Under the pieces are notes generated by a model that ran no database searches, was not told the origin of the DNA, and saw nothing but the letters and a program-made list of their open reading frames with translations. The translations under genes were made by a program, and so were the position numbers. Positions 1 through 9,310 of a stretch of 64,000 nucleotides of DNA are shown here, piece by piece. This DNA is from Pseudomonadota bacterium (lineage in GTDB: Bacteria > Desulfobacterota > Desulfobacteria > Desulfobacterales > JBDRRP01): contig JBDRRP010000139.1 of the NCBI GenBank assembly GCA_043825735.1, positions 64,001-128,000 on the forward strand, given 5' to 3'. The first letter of the stretch is position 1, and the number at the start of each line of letters is the position of its first letter.

Positions 1-552
1 GAGGACGCTGCAGATGGCTTTCAGGTCAGCCGGCTGCTGACCGCGAAAGGCATCCAGCATGGCGCGGGATTTGAGATCTGCGATCATGTCCATGGCCTCG
101 ATCTCGTCAATGGGCGCTACCCGAAATACCGTGTCGTTGATGATCTCGGTCAGCACCCCGCCGGTTCCCAGCATGACGCAGGGGCCAAACTGCGCATCGC
201 GGCTGAGCCCGATCACAATCTCCCGCTGCCCGGCCACCATTTCCTGCACCAGCACCCCGTCCAAAGCCTTCCCGGCGCTTTTGCCAATGCGGTCAAATGC
301 CTCGCGCACCGCTTCAGGTGTCGCAAGTCCCAGCTTGACGCAGCCGGCATCGCTCTTGTGCATGAGCTCCGGCGACGAGCCCTTGAGAACCACGGGAAAA
401 CCGATCCCGGCAGCGCCGTCCACGGCCGCGTCGGCATCTTTCACAAGCACCTCCCGCGTGACAGGAATGCCGTATCCGGCCAGCAACTGCTTGGACTGGT
501 ATTCGGTAAGGGCCCTCTGGCCATCGGCCAGGGCCGTTTCGATGATATCCAT
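1..552 (-). CDS. Acetate/acyl-CoA ligase (ADP-forming), ATP-grasp beta subunit; runs off the window's left edge
   Basis: Not in the ORF track. Manual translation from ATG 552: MDIIETALADGQRALTEYQSKQLLAGYGIPV...GFPVVLKG..HKSDAGCVKLG...GVLVQEMV...DAQFGPCVMLGTGG. RBS AAGAGGAA upstream. Confidence 0.9.
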   Translation of the reverse strand, partial: MDIIETALADGQRALTEYQSKQLLAGYGIPVTREVLVKDADAAVDGAAGIGFPVVLKGSSPELMHKSDAGCVKLGLATPEAVREAFDRIGKSAGKALDGVLVQEMVAGQREIVIGLSRDAQFGPCVMLGTGGVLTEIINDTVFRVAPIDEIEAMDMIADLKSRAMLDAFRGQQPADLKAICSVL

Positions 553-580
553 TCAATTTCCTCTTCGTTCAATACCGCGT

Positions 581-746
581 TAGAGCGTTTGTCAGAATAA
601 TGTTCAGTTTCATCCGCAAGATCCTATCGGGGTCGGGATCGCTATCGGGATCGAAATCGATTTTTTCCAAGGCCGATACCGATAGCGATGTCGATGTCCA
701 CCAGAGGCTGTTATGAAAACGGAACGTATTTATTACCATCGCAATA
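581..746. mobile_element. MITE-like element, family A copy 1 (imperfect ~30-bp TIRs, internal ATCGNN hexamer arms)
   Basis: Reverse-complement homolog of 43290-43456. Ends read TAGAGCGTTTGTCAGAATAATGTTCAGTTT and AAACGGAACGTATTTATTACCATCGCAATA. Confidence 0.7.
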
Positions 747-750
747 AAAC

Positions 751-828
751 GTAGGGGCCGGCCCCCGTGCCTGCCCATTTTGGCCACGCCATCGGCGGTG
801 CAAGGCAACCACAGGGGGCCGCCCCGAC
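751..828. repeat. GTAG-type REP-like inverted doublet
   Basis: GTAGGGGCCGGCCCCCGTGCCTGCCC (751-776) with inverted partner GGCAACCACAGGGGGCCGCCCCGAC (804-828). Relatives at 43247 and 51268. Confidence 0.65.
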
Positions 829-857
829 GGCATTGAATCGGCAAATCGTGTCGTCGT

Positions 858-1286
858 TCAAATGTCCAGATCCCGGATTACCCCCAGCGCCCGGATCAGC
901 GTGGCCAGGTCTTCGGCGCCAACTGCCGCCTCGATGCTTTTTTCCAGCGTCGAGCCTACGGCCAGGAGCTCGGGCGCCATGTCGCGGACCTTTTCCGTGA
1001 GCCTGAGCACGTTGAGACGGGCGTCCGCCGGGTCGGGTTCCTTGCTCACCAGCCCCATGGCCTCCAGGCGCTGGATCATGGTCACCGCGGCCGCCTTGCC
1101 CATACCGGCCTGCTGGGCGAAAGCTCCCAGGCTCAGCCCGTCCTCACGCCAGAGCACGCCCAGCGCCATGACCTGCTGGGCGGTGAGCCCCAGCGGTTCC
1201 AGGGCGCGGTTGTAGTAGGCCACCATTTTTCGAACCGCCTGGGTCGCCAGGGAGCAGACAAAATATTTGGGGGCGGCATCTTTCAT
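858..1286 (-). CDS. MarR family transcriptional regulator
   Basis: wHTH with LGLTAQQ...TMIQRLEAMGLV.KEPDPADARLNVLRLT; start chosen at MKDAAPKY. Confidence 0.9.
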   Translation of the reverse strand: MKDAAPKYFVCSLATQAVRKMVAYYNRALEPLGLTAQQVMALGVLWREDGLSLGAFAQQAGMGKAAAVTMIQRLEAMGLVSKEPDPADARLNVLRLTEKVRDMAPELLAVGSTLEKSIEAAVGAEDLATLIRALGVIRDLDI

Positions 1287-1385
1287 TCGCATGCGAACAT
1301 TCGTTAGCAAATGAATGGTGCGCAGTCAAGGCGGGAACTGGTGCAATGCCGTGTCCATTCGAGGGTATCAGGTTTAGCCAAAATG

Positions 1386-1433
1386 TTGACTCGGCGGGTA
1401 TGCCTTGTTATTGTGCTTTAAAAGGCACAATAA
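1386..1433 (+). promoter_or_regulatory. Sigma-70 promoter with overlapping palindromic operator for the TA operon
   Basis: TTGACT-N17-TATTGT. Perfect 9-bp inverted repeat TTATTGTGC (1408-1416) / GCACAATAA (1425-1433), typical of antitoxin autorepression. Confidence 0.7.
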
Positions 1434-1444
1434 AGGGGGCCGCT

Positions 1445-1669
1445 ATGGAAACGATCCGAATCAATGTGAGCCTGCCCACCAAACTCTTGGCAGATCTGAC
1501 CCGTGAGGTCGGACCCAGGCAACGAAGCCGATTTATCGGCGAGGCAGTGGAACGCCTGATTCGGGAAAGGCGGGACCAGAGGCTTGCCGCCGAATATCAG
1601 GAGGCGGCAACAGAAATTCGCCGCATCAACAGTGAGATGGAAGGCGCTGTGGGCGATGGTCTCGATTAA
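1445..1669 (+). CDS. Ribbon-helix-helix (CopG-type) antitoxin
   Basis: METIRINVSLP..LLADL...RSRFIGEAVE; acidic C-terminus; overlaps the toxin start. Confidence 0.85.
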   Translation: METIRINVSLPTKLLADLTREVGPRQRSRFIGEAVERLIRERRDQRLAAEYQEAATEIRRINSEMEGAVGDGLD

Positions 1670-1997
1670 TCGCGGCGATGTTTTTCTTGTAAATTTCGAT
1701 CCCACCATCGGGTCCGAGACGAAAAAGACCCGTCCGGCCGTTGTCGTTTCAAATGACATCAACAACCGGCATTCGCCGATTGTATCCATCGCTCCTGTTA
1801 CGTCCAACATCCGTCGGATTTATTCATTCGAGGTCGAAGTGTCTGAGGCAAGTGCAGGATTGGAGCGCCCGTCGAAGATCATGATAAATCAGACCCGGGC
1901 GGTGGATAAGGCCCGTCTGGTAAAACGGCTGGGCCGGCTTTCGCCGGATATCATGCAGGCGATTGATGATGCCCTGAAACTTCATTACGGGCTTTGA
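1656..1997 (+). CDS. mazF: PemK/MazF family mRNA interferase toxin
   Basis: RGDVFLVNFDPTIGSETKKTRPAVVVSND...APVTS...QTRAVDKARL. Confidence 0.93.
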   Translation: MVSINRGDVFLVNFDPTIGSETKKTRPAVVVSNDINNRHSPIVSIAPVTSNIRRIYSFEVEVSEASAGLERPSKIMINQTRAVDKARLVKRLGRLSPDIMQAIDDALKLHYGL

Positions 1998-2150
1998 CAA
2001 AATAGTCGGAACCGATGTTCCTCACCGCTTTGAGGCGGTCATCGTCAATGGTGAAGCCCTTGACCAGGTATTCATTCAGTCGCTCTGTCGCCCATCGGCA
2101 ACACTGGGTGCCCCGTATGGATCGCACGCGGTAGCCGACGGCAATGACGC
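1998..2150 (-). pseudogene. Internal fragment of a RhuM-family (virulence-associated) protein
   Basis: Manual translation VIAVGYRVRSIRGTQCCRWATERLNEYLVKGFTIDDDRLK...DYF matches the RhuM core motif. No start or stop of its own; abuts the mazF stop. Confidence 0.8.
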
Positions 2151-2191
2151 TTTCCTGCTTGGTTAAGCTACCATCAACGGCGTGGCGTTAG

Positions 2192-2232
2192 TACCCTTAT
2201 TAATACCCTTATTAAGGGGCATTACCCTTATT
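2192..2232. repeat. Three direct copies of TACCCTTATT at the 3' end of the fic gene
   Basis: Copies at 2192, 2204 and 2223. Confidence 0.75.
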
Positions 2233-3264
2233 CTGCCATGAAGCCCCTCGACCCCGGCCAGTACACTCCAGGTCTCCGCTTTTTTGCATGTTTCTCAGCA
2301 CCTTGCGAACCATATCGCGGCTGATATGAGCACACCTGCTCTCCAGTTCGGCCAGGGTGAAGGGTGATTCGAGGGATCGGATCGCGGCTTTCACGAATTC
2401 GGTTTTGGCGCCTCTGGGGGATTTGGTTTCACCCACCCGCGATTCGAACTCCCGGCAGGCGCTTTTAAGGATGAACAAGAGATAGTTCATATAAGGCCAC
2501 GGATCGTGTTTCCCCTCGTGCCACCCCTGGGAACTGGCCTCCAGGGTTTCGTAATACCGGTCTTTGTTGGTCTCGATGAGCCGCTCCAGGCTGATGTAAC
2601 GCCCCGCTTCAAAGCCCAGGTGATAACTCTGTAGCAAGAGCAACAACCGCGAGACCCGGCCGTTGCCTTCCCGAAACGGATGGATGCAAAGAAAATCAAG
2701 GCTGAAAGCGGCCATGGCCAGTAAAGGGTGCACCCAGCGTTCTTCCTGGCACTGTTCCCACATGGACATCAGGTGCGCCACGTGCTCGGCGGTCCGGGCC
2801 GCCGAAACCGGCTTGAAACGGATCCGCTGCCGGCCGTTGGGATACCGCTCGATGATATCGCCGTCCTTGGACTTGTATTTTCCGGCATCCCAGATATCGC
2901 CCCGGGCCAGTCGGTGCAGTTCGCAGATGGTTTCTTCAGTGATTGGCAGGCGATCGCCCTGCTGATGGATCCGGTCCAGAGCATGGCGGTATCCCCGGAT
3001 TTCCTCTTCGGCACGGTCCTGAAGAAACGATTTTCCCAGAACCACCGTTTTGACACGTCGTCGATCCACCGTCACCCCTTCGATGCGGTTGGAGGAGACT
3101 GCACTTTCGATAAGGGCGTGCTCACGCAAGGCCTTGAGTTTTTGGGGCGCCTGGCGCGTGAACAGCTCCTGCCGCCCCCGGGCTTCCCCCAGGTCCGCCA
3201 GGTACCAGGACGTGCCAGCAGGGACCGTTTTCACCCCCACGCTAAATTGTTTGAAGGTTTTCAC
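2212..3264 (-). CDS. Fic family protein with C-terminal wHTH
   Basis: Canonical HPFREGNGRVSR motif; N-terminal SSNRIEG inhibitory-helix-like motif. Confidence 0.93.
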   Translation of the reverse strand: MKTFKQFSVGVKTVPAGTSWYLADLGEARGRQELFTRQAPQKLKALREHALIESAVSSNRIEGVTVDRRRVKTVVLGKSFLQDRAEEEIRGYRHALDRIHQQGDRLPITEETICELHRLARGDIWDAGKYKSKDGDIIERYPNGRQRIRFKPVSAARTAEHVAHLMSMWEQCQEERWVHPLLAMAAFSLDFLCIHPFREGNGRVSRLLLLLQSYHLGFEAGRYISLERLIETNKDRYYETLEASSQGWHEGKHDPWPYMNYLLFILKSACREFESRVGETKSPRGAKTEFVKAAIRSLESPFTLAELESRCAHISRDMVRKVLRNMQKSGDLECTGRGRGASWQNKGNAP

Positions 3265-3399
3265 GAAACCGACTCCTTATCACATAGGCCCTATTCCCCA
3301 AAATAACATCCGGTTTTGTAAGCCAAGATGGCTCCCCCGAAAGTCAAGCCAGGCAAGTCTACCGAATCGCGCTCTCTGTAAAATCATGATGATTTAAAA

Positions 3400-4710
3400 T
3401 CACCTCTCAATGGAACGCGTCAACTCTATTGCTCTGCCTACCCGGTTTTCAAAGAGTTGATCCAGCCGATCAAGGCATTGATTGACAATTTGAGCATCCC
3501 GGACATCTTGGGCCTGTTCATATAACCTAACCAAAAGCATTGGTACTTTCGAAGCGACATGGGGATATCGGGATCCAACCTCTTGGGTCTTTTTTCTCAG
3601 GGTGGTAGAAAATACATCCCCAATGCCGAGTATAGCTTCAGACACGGGTAAGAGGCTTCCGGTAAACTTTTCCAAACTTAAAATAAAATGCAGGGGTTCA
3701 TCGGCAAAAGTCTGTGAGCGAATATATTCTTTTAAAAATGGTTCATATTCAGAGTCGTGTTCCAGATCGAAGGACCGGCAGGCGAAAATAATGGATATCG
3801 ATTTCCCCAACTGTCGTAGCGATCGCACCTGTCGAATCAACTCCTTACAGACATCCATGGCCGCACTGGAACGGGCGGTCGTCCAGCGAATGGCATCGAG
3901 TTGATCTATGATTAGGATGCTTTTCCGTTCTGCGGCCAAACCGGCAATGGCGAAAGCCGGCGAATCGGGAAGCCCCATGTCTGCACCGAAGTGTGTAGCA
4001 GTCTTTTCGGGAATGCGCCGGTCGAGGCGGATAGGGAGATAGGGGATCTGATCCCTTTGGAGGTATTCGGTCAGTTCATAGAGAACGCCGCTTTTTCCAA
4101 ACCCTGCGGCACCATGCAAAATCACATCCTTTTCCGCGTTGATTGATTCGATGACCTGGGCGGTCTCTTCACGTGGGATGACTCTCCCCCCAATCAGCTT
4201 ATGTTGAATAGATTCAGCGAACTGGTCCTGCAATTCTTCTCCAACTGGGGCTATTGATAAGGCGCCGCAAAAATTCTTGAAGGCATCTTGTCGCCCTTTT
4301 CCTGCCTTTAGGATCTGGTATTCAAGAAAATCGACCGGGTTATCGTTTGAGAATCTGGCGCTTTCGCAGATGTCCGCAAAGGTTCGGGACGGGATTGCCG
4401 AGACGAGTGCGAATTCACACAATGGGTCTCTTTCCAAATGGGCCTGCAAGTTGGAAAGAATCCCCTTGGATGCCAAAGCCTTCACTGACCACGATTCTTG
4501 GCTTCCCAGGCGCGCCTTGCATTGCTGCAACTGTCGGACACCGTCCTTCTTAATAACTGTGAGGTCAACACCTTGCCCTTCAGGGCCAATCGGCTCAACG
4601 GTTACCGACTGAATCTCCTCATTCAACAGCCTGAGAAGCTGTTTGGCGACCCAGCGAGCCTCGTACCGATTGCCAAGCTTGTCTGCCATGCCACCAGATT
4701 CGAAGCCCAT
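3400..4710 (-). CDS. PD-(D/E/Q)xK nuclease plus STAND/NACHT-like NTPase (Avs/NLR-like); apparently internally deleted, 436 aa
   Basis: E..GVD...QQCK nuclease motif; Walker A GAAGFGKS; Walker B LIIDQLD; IIFACR motif followed directly by a C-terminal helical tail. Visibly lower GC than neighbours. Confidence 0.75.
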   Translation of the reverse strand: MGFESGGMADKLGNRYEARWVAKQLLRLLNEEIQSVTVEPIGPEGQGVDLTVIKKDGVRQLQQCKARLGSQESWSVKALASKGILSNLQAHLERDPLCEFALVSAIPSRTFADICESARFSNDNPVDFLEYQILKAGKGRQDAFKNFCGALSIAPVGEELQDQFAESIQHKLIGGRVIPREETAQVIESINAEKDVILHGAAGFGKSGVLYELTEYLQRDQIPYLPIRLDRRIPEKTATHFGADMGLPDSPAFAIAGLAAERKSILIIDQLDAIRWTTARSSAAMDVCKELIRQVRSLRQLGKSISIIFACRSFDLEHDSEYEPFLKEYIRSQTFADEPLHFILSLEKFTGSLLPVSEAILGIGDVFSTTLRKKTQEVGSRYPHVASKVPMLLVRLYEQAQDVRDAQIVNQCLDRLDQLFENRVGRAIELTRSIER

Positions 4711-4748
4711 TTTTTTTGTGCTCCTTCTTGAGTCTTATGGGTTCCGTG

Positions 4749-5939
4749 TTACCCCATTGCCCCAAGGGCCGCCATCAGCCGGGAATATCCGATCCGTTCC
4801 TGTTCCAGCCGCACAGCGTAGCCGAAGCGATCTGATTTCAAATCAGTAAAAAGTGCCTGCTCCGGTCCGGTGAGGTTGGCAAGTCCGCCCAGAAATCGCT
4901 TTATTTCATCCTCTTGTCCCCACAGGTCGCGGTGGGCCTCCAGGGTGTCTTTGTCCATGAGAAAGGATTCGGTCTGGGGAAAATAGCCCCGGATGCGGGA
5001 GAGAATGGCAAAGCCGTGGGTGTCGATGTCACCCCAGTAGACGATCCGTTTTTCTTTCAGCCAGTCGATTTCGGCCAGCATCTCGATGCCGTAGCCCAGA
5101 CCGAAGATCACCAGGGCGCCGGGGACTTGAGGGAAACAAAGGCCGTTGATCTTGTTTTCGGTGATAAAGACGGTTTGGGCGCCGAAATCCCGGGTGGCCA
5201 GATCGGGGGCGGGCAGGGTCAGGTCCGTCAGTCCGTCAGGGGCCAGCCCCGGATCGAGGATGCGCAGCCGGACCCCGGGTTTGTCGTAGTCGAGCCCGAA
5301 GCGCCGCTCGAACCCGTGACCGGAAAAACCCGTCACTGTAGGGTCCATCGCACTGTCATCGAGAACCCGGTCCAACAGTTCGGCTATAATCTTTTTGTTT
5401 GCCTCAATGAATTTGGTTTCCACCCCGAGGATATCGAGTTGGCGGATGTACAGTTTGGGCCGTGGATGGGCGACAAACCAGTTGCAAACCGCCAGGAGCC
5501 TGTCCCAGTTTGCCGCGTGGTCCAGTCCGCTCAGAGGTTTTTCCAGAAGAAAGGGGATGAGCGCAGGCAGGGCTACCCGGGTCGTTTCGGTGATCTGCTG
5601 AAAGCGATCAAAATCGCGTTTTTTTCCGATATAGCCGAGCCAGTCGGTCTCGGTTTCGAACCGGATCCGGTCAGGGAGCTGCTGGTGGCCGAGCAGGCGG
5701 TGGTTCACGGCCCGGTATGACACCCGGTAGCCGGTACCGGTCTTCTCCCGGCTCGAGGTTTCAATGGCCTGAATCCACTGGCGCACCGTTGAAAATTGTT
5801 GACTGATCTGATTTCCCGACGGCGGAGACAGGGGAATTTCCAGGGGAAAGAGGGATTCCCCGGCCAGCCATGCCCTCAAAAACCGGCCGTCGGACCAGGG
5901 GCGCAGGGCTTTTTTCTTCAGCGCTTCGGGGGAGATCAT
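4749..5939 (-). CDS. jetD: Wadjet JetD (DUF3322 plus DUF2220 Toprim nuclease)
   Basis: YIRQLDILGVETKFIE, FITENKIN, YWGDIDTHGFAIL, RLEQERI; last gene of the jet operon. Confidence 0.93.
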   Translation of the reverse strand: MISPEALKKKALRPWSDGRFLRAWLAGESLFPLEIPLSPPSGNQISQQFSTVRQWIQAIETSSREKTGTGYRVSYRAVNHRLLGHQQLPDRIRFETETDWLGYIGKKRDFDRFQQITETTRVALPALIPFLLEKPLSGLDHAANWDRLLAVCNWFVAHPRPKLYIRQLDILGVETKFIEANKKIIAELLDRVLDDSAMDPTVTGFSGHGFERRFGLDYDKPGVRLRILDPGLAPDGLTDLTLPAPDLATRDFGAQTVFITENKINGLCFPQVPGALVIFGLGYGIEMLAEIDWLKEKRIVYWGDIDTHGFAILSRIRGYFPQTESFLMDKDTLEAHRDLWGQEDEIKRFLGGLANLTGPEQALFTDLKSDRFGYAVRLEQERIGYSRLMAALGAMG

Positions 5940-8900
5940 GCCGCCGACTCCGCGAATGCCGCCTTTTCCTCCCGGTACTGCTCGATGGTGAGGTTCCGGA
6001 CCATGGAGTTTTGCCCGTCGGGGTTGTGGATATAATGAACCGCGCTCACATAATCCTCGATGATGTTGATTTTTTGCAGTGGGGTGACGATGAGCAGCTG
6101 GAGGTTGAGCTTTTTGAACAACTCAAGCGCATAGCGGGTCGATTCGTCCGAGCCCCGACCGAAGGCCTCGTCGATCATGACAAAGCGCAGGGTTCTGGAG
6201 CGTTTTTCGCCCCATTTGAGCCCGAACTGGTAGGCCAGGGCCGAGGCGAGGATGGTATAGGCGAGCTTTTCCTTCTGTCCTCCTGACTTTCCGGCCGTAT
6301 CCGAGTAGAACTCCTTTTCCTTGTTGTCTTCGCGCCAGCGCTCGGCCACCGAAAAGGCGAGCCAGTTTCTCACGTCGGTGACCTTGCGCGTCCATCGCCG
6401 GTCCATATCGCTTTGTCCCTGCCGGCCGTTGAACCGGTCGATGAGTTCCTTGACCTGGAGGAACTTGTGCTCGGTGTAGGCCTCGTTCTCTCCGCCGGTC
6501 AAGGTTTCGCCCAGGCAGGCCCTCAGTTCTTCGCGGAACCGGCGGATTTCCTGGTCCCGGTCCGGATCGGCCGTCAGTGCGATGTAGGTCCCCTCATTGT
6601 AGTCGATGGCGGAAAGAGAGCGGTTGATGGTTTCGATTTTCTCCCGGATCTGGGACAGCTCACTGTCGAGCTTGCCCTGGAACAGGGCCATGCTCTGGAT
6701 GGTCTCTTCGTTGAGCTTTTGCTTGAAGCGCTGTTCGTGGCGGGGCAGATCCTCCCTGAGAAGGGTCTCCAACATTTCCCTGAACGCGCCGGCGGCGTCC
6801 ATGGCGGCATCCACCTCCCGGGTTTCTGCCCGATAGCGCTCCTTGTAAGCCTGCATCAGGCGAATCACGCGGTCCCTGATCCGTTTGCCCTTGTCTTCTT
6901 CGTTGTCCATGCGACGCTGGAGCCATTCGCGCATCCGGGTCTGTAAGGCGTCGCAGTTTTCGATGGTGACGGTCCGGTCCTCAAGGGCCTCGGGCGCCAT
7001 GGCCGTCAGGGCTGAAAACAGATTTTGACGCGTCTCCGGCGGCAGTTCGTCCAGGATTCGCTGCGATTCCTGGCAAAGACGCCGGTCCTGGTCCAGGCGC
7101 TCTTCCATTTTTGCCCGGTTTTCCCGCAGGTTTCCCAGCCGGTCCTCTGTTTGGCCCAGGTGCTGCCCGAGCCGTGCGAGCTGGGCCTGGAGGTCCTTCA
7201 ACGTATCGCTGCCGGCCTCGATCCTCGCCTTTTCCTCGCTAAGCCGGTCAATTTCAACGGCCAAGGGTTCCCAGTGGATTTCGGCAAACCTTTCGAAAGA
7301 AAGCAGGCTCTGGAGGCGGTCTCTGACCTCCTCGGCGCTTTTTCGCCGGTTATAAATTTTTTCCAGCTCGATCACCACGGCATCGCGCGCTTTTTCGAGC
7401 CCCTGGAATCGCTTTTCCAGTGCCCGGATTTTTTCCTTGTTCTGCCAGCCGAGGACAAACCGGGTCCTGTCGTCGATGCGATAGCGGTCGTCCTTTTCGT
7501 GGCGAATCCCCCCGGTCTTGATCTGACCTGCCCGGGTCAGTGCCGTGGGGCATCGGCGAAAGGCTCCCGGCGTCTCGCAGCAGGTGTGGCTGAAGCGCCG
7601 TTCCAATTCCCGCTCCAGCCAGTTGTAAAATGCGGTGTCCGGCTTGATTTCCAGTTTTCGCACCAAGGCATCCGCTGCCGGCGGCTCCGGGGCGCGACCG
7701 GAGCCGGCAGTGGTCTTAAAATAGACGAGCCGGCCGGCCAGGTGGGTGGCGTCCACATGAGCGGCCACGATCTTGTAATGAATCTCGGGGACCAAGAGGC
7801 TCAAACCGAAATTGTGAAGGAGCCTCTCCGCGGCGCCTTCCCAGTCGGCCGCAGTACCCTTGACCCGCAGAAGTTCGCCGGCAAAAGGAAGATCGTCTCC
7901 GGTAAGACCCAGTGCCGCGATCAGGTGGCTGCGGATGGCCAGGTTGCGCTCGGGGATATTGCTTTTTCTTCCTTTCAGGGAGGCGATTTCGGATTCCAGG
8001 GTGTTAAGCTCGGTGTTCATCCGCTCCAGATCCACCCGCTGTTCCACCATCTCGTTTTCCAGGTCCGTTTGCTGGGCGGCCACGCCTGCCTTGGCTTCTG
8101 CCAAATGGCTGCGGTTTTCCACAAAACCGGCCTCGTCCGTGGGAACGGGCCGTTTGAGTTGACGGCTGATATGCGCGAACGTTTTGGCCTTGTCGGCAAT
8201 GCGCGTTCGTTCGGCCACCAGCCTGAAGATTTCCTCTGCGATCTCCTCCAGTCGCCGGCCGCCGCTATCGGAAATGGCGCGTTCGATCCGCCGCTGTTTG
8301 ATCCGCAGATTCTCCAGTTCGATGCGCCCGGCTTCGATGCGGGAAGCCAGTTTTTCCAGGGAACCGCTTCGGGCTCGGATCCGCCGCTCCAGAAGAAAGA
8401 TCTTTTTTTCGGCAAAGAACGCGTGTAGTGCCGACCGGCCCAGCCTCAAATCGGAGATGGCCTGCTGGATCTCGGCGAAACGGGCCGACTCGGCCACGAT
8501 GGGCGCCAGCGCCGCCACCTGCTCCCGGGCCTTCAGCACCGCCTCGTGAGCGCGGTTCAGATCGTCGAATTGACGGCAGATTTTTTCAATGCGCTCGGCC
8601 ACCGGCGGTTCTTCGAGCATGTGTCGGCGGACAAAATCGGTGAGGTTGCCCACGGATTTCATGGACACGGTCTGGTAGAAAAGATCCAGGGCCTGGGTGT
8701 TGTCGATCCCGAGCCCCCGGCGAAAGGCAGTGGCATATTTTGAGTAGCTGTCAAAGATCTGGACGCCCGGTTGTTTTCCCAGGCGTTTTTTCAAATCCAT
8801 GACGTCGGTGCCGAATCCGCTGAAATCTTCGGCGATCGTCAGCGGTGCGGTCGCCACCACGTAAAACCGTTCAGGTACGGATCCGGTCTCCCGACTCCAG

Positions 8901-9310
8901 AAGACCTGGGCCAAAGTGAACCAGCGCTCATAGCCCGCGTTGAAAAACTGGGCCAGAATGGCGCTGTAGCTGTTGATATCGCGAAGGGCCACGGATTTGG
9001 CGGATAGCGTGTCGGCATCCTTTTCGCTTTTAAAATGGCCGAAAACATAGGACCGGAGACTGCGCTCCCGGGTTTCGGCGCCGGCCGCCTTATTGTAGAC
9101 GATGCGCTGGGGGGGCACCATGAGGGTGGTCAAGGCGTCCACCAGGGTCGATTTGCCCGAACCGATATCCCCGGTCAGAAGGCTGTTTTCCCCGCCGGGG
9201 GCAAGGGTCCAGATATGACGGTGAAAGGTGCCCCAGTTGAGCACTTCAAAGCGGTGTAGGCGGCATCCGGTCCCCGCGGCGGGACCGTCATGATTCGTTG
9301 TCAGCGGCAT
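5936..9310 (-). CDS. jetC: Wadjet JetC SMC-like ATPase
   Basis: NWGTF, Walker A GDIGSGKST, long coiled coils, signature KSGGQKEKL, Walker B VMIDEAF; start chosen at MPLTTNHD. Confidence 0.95.
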   Translation of the reverse strand: MPLTTNHDGPAAGTGCRLHRFEVLNWGTFHRHIWTLAPGGENSLLTGDIGSGKSTLVDALTTLMVPPQRIVYNKAAGAETRERSLRSYVFGHFKSEKDADTLSAKSVALRDINSYSAILAQFFNAGYERWFTLAQVFWSRETGSVPERFYVVATAPLTIAEDFSGFGTDVMDLKKRLGKQPGVQIFDSYSKYATAFRRGLGIDNTQALDLFYQTVSMKSVGNLTDFVRRHMLEEPPVAERIEKICRQFDDLNRAHEAVLKAREQVAALAPIVAESARFAEIQQAISDLRLGRSALHAFFAEKKIFLLERRIRARSGSLEKLASRIEAGRIELENLRIKQRRIERAISDSGGRRLEEIAEEIFRLVAERTRIADKAKTFAHISRQLKRPVPTDEAGFVENRSHLAEAKAGVAAQQTDLENEMVEQRVDLERMNTELNTLESEIASLKGRKSNIPERNLAIRSHLIAALGLTGDDLPFAGELLRVKGTAADWEGAAERLLHNFGLSLLVPEIHYKIVAAHVDATHLAGRLVYFKTTAGSGRAPEPPAADALVRKLEIKPDTAFYNWLERELERRFSHTCCETPGAFRRCPTALTRAGQIKTGGIRHEKDDRYRIDDRTRFVLGWQNKEKIRALEKRFQGLEKARDAVVIELEKIYNRRKSAEEVRDRLQSLLSFERFAEIHWEPLAVEIDRLSEEKARIEAGSDTLKDLQAQLARLGQHLGQTEDRLGNLRENRAKMEERLDQDRRLCQESQRILDELPPETRQNLFSALTAMAPEALEDRTVTIENCDALQTRMREWLQRRMDNEEDKGKRIRDRVIRLMQAYKERYRAETREVDAAMDAAGAFREMLETLLREDLPRHEQRFKQKLNEETIQSMALFQGKLDSELSQIREKIETINRSLSAIDYNEGTYIALTADPDRDQEIRRFREELRACLGETLTGGENEAYTEHKFLQVKELIDRFNGRQGQSDMDRRWTRKVTDVRNWLAFSVAERWREDNKEKEFYSDTAGKSGGQKEKLAYTILASALAYQFGLKWGEKRSRTLRFVMIDEAFGRGSDESTRYALELFKKLNLQLLIVTPLQKINIIEDYVSAVHYIHNPDGQNSMVRNLTIEQYREEKAAFAESAA

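Noticed and set aside
569..844. 91-aa ORF with a DPDSDPDPD tract (similar ORFs at 43240 and 43379)
   Set aside because: Translation of MITE hexamer repeats and REP DNA, not a gene.
7025..8428. 467-aa plus-strand ORF
   Set aside because: Antisense shadow of jetC, typical of high-GC codon bias; no motifs.
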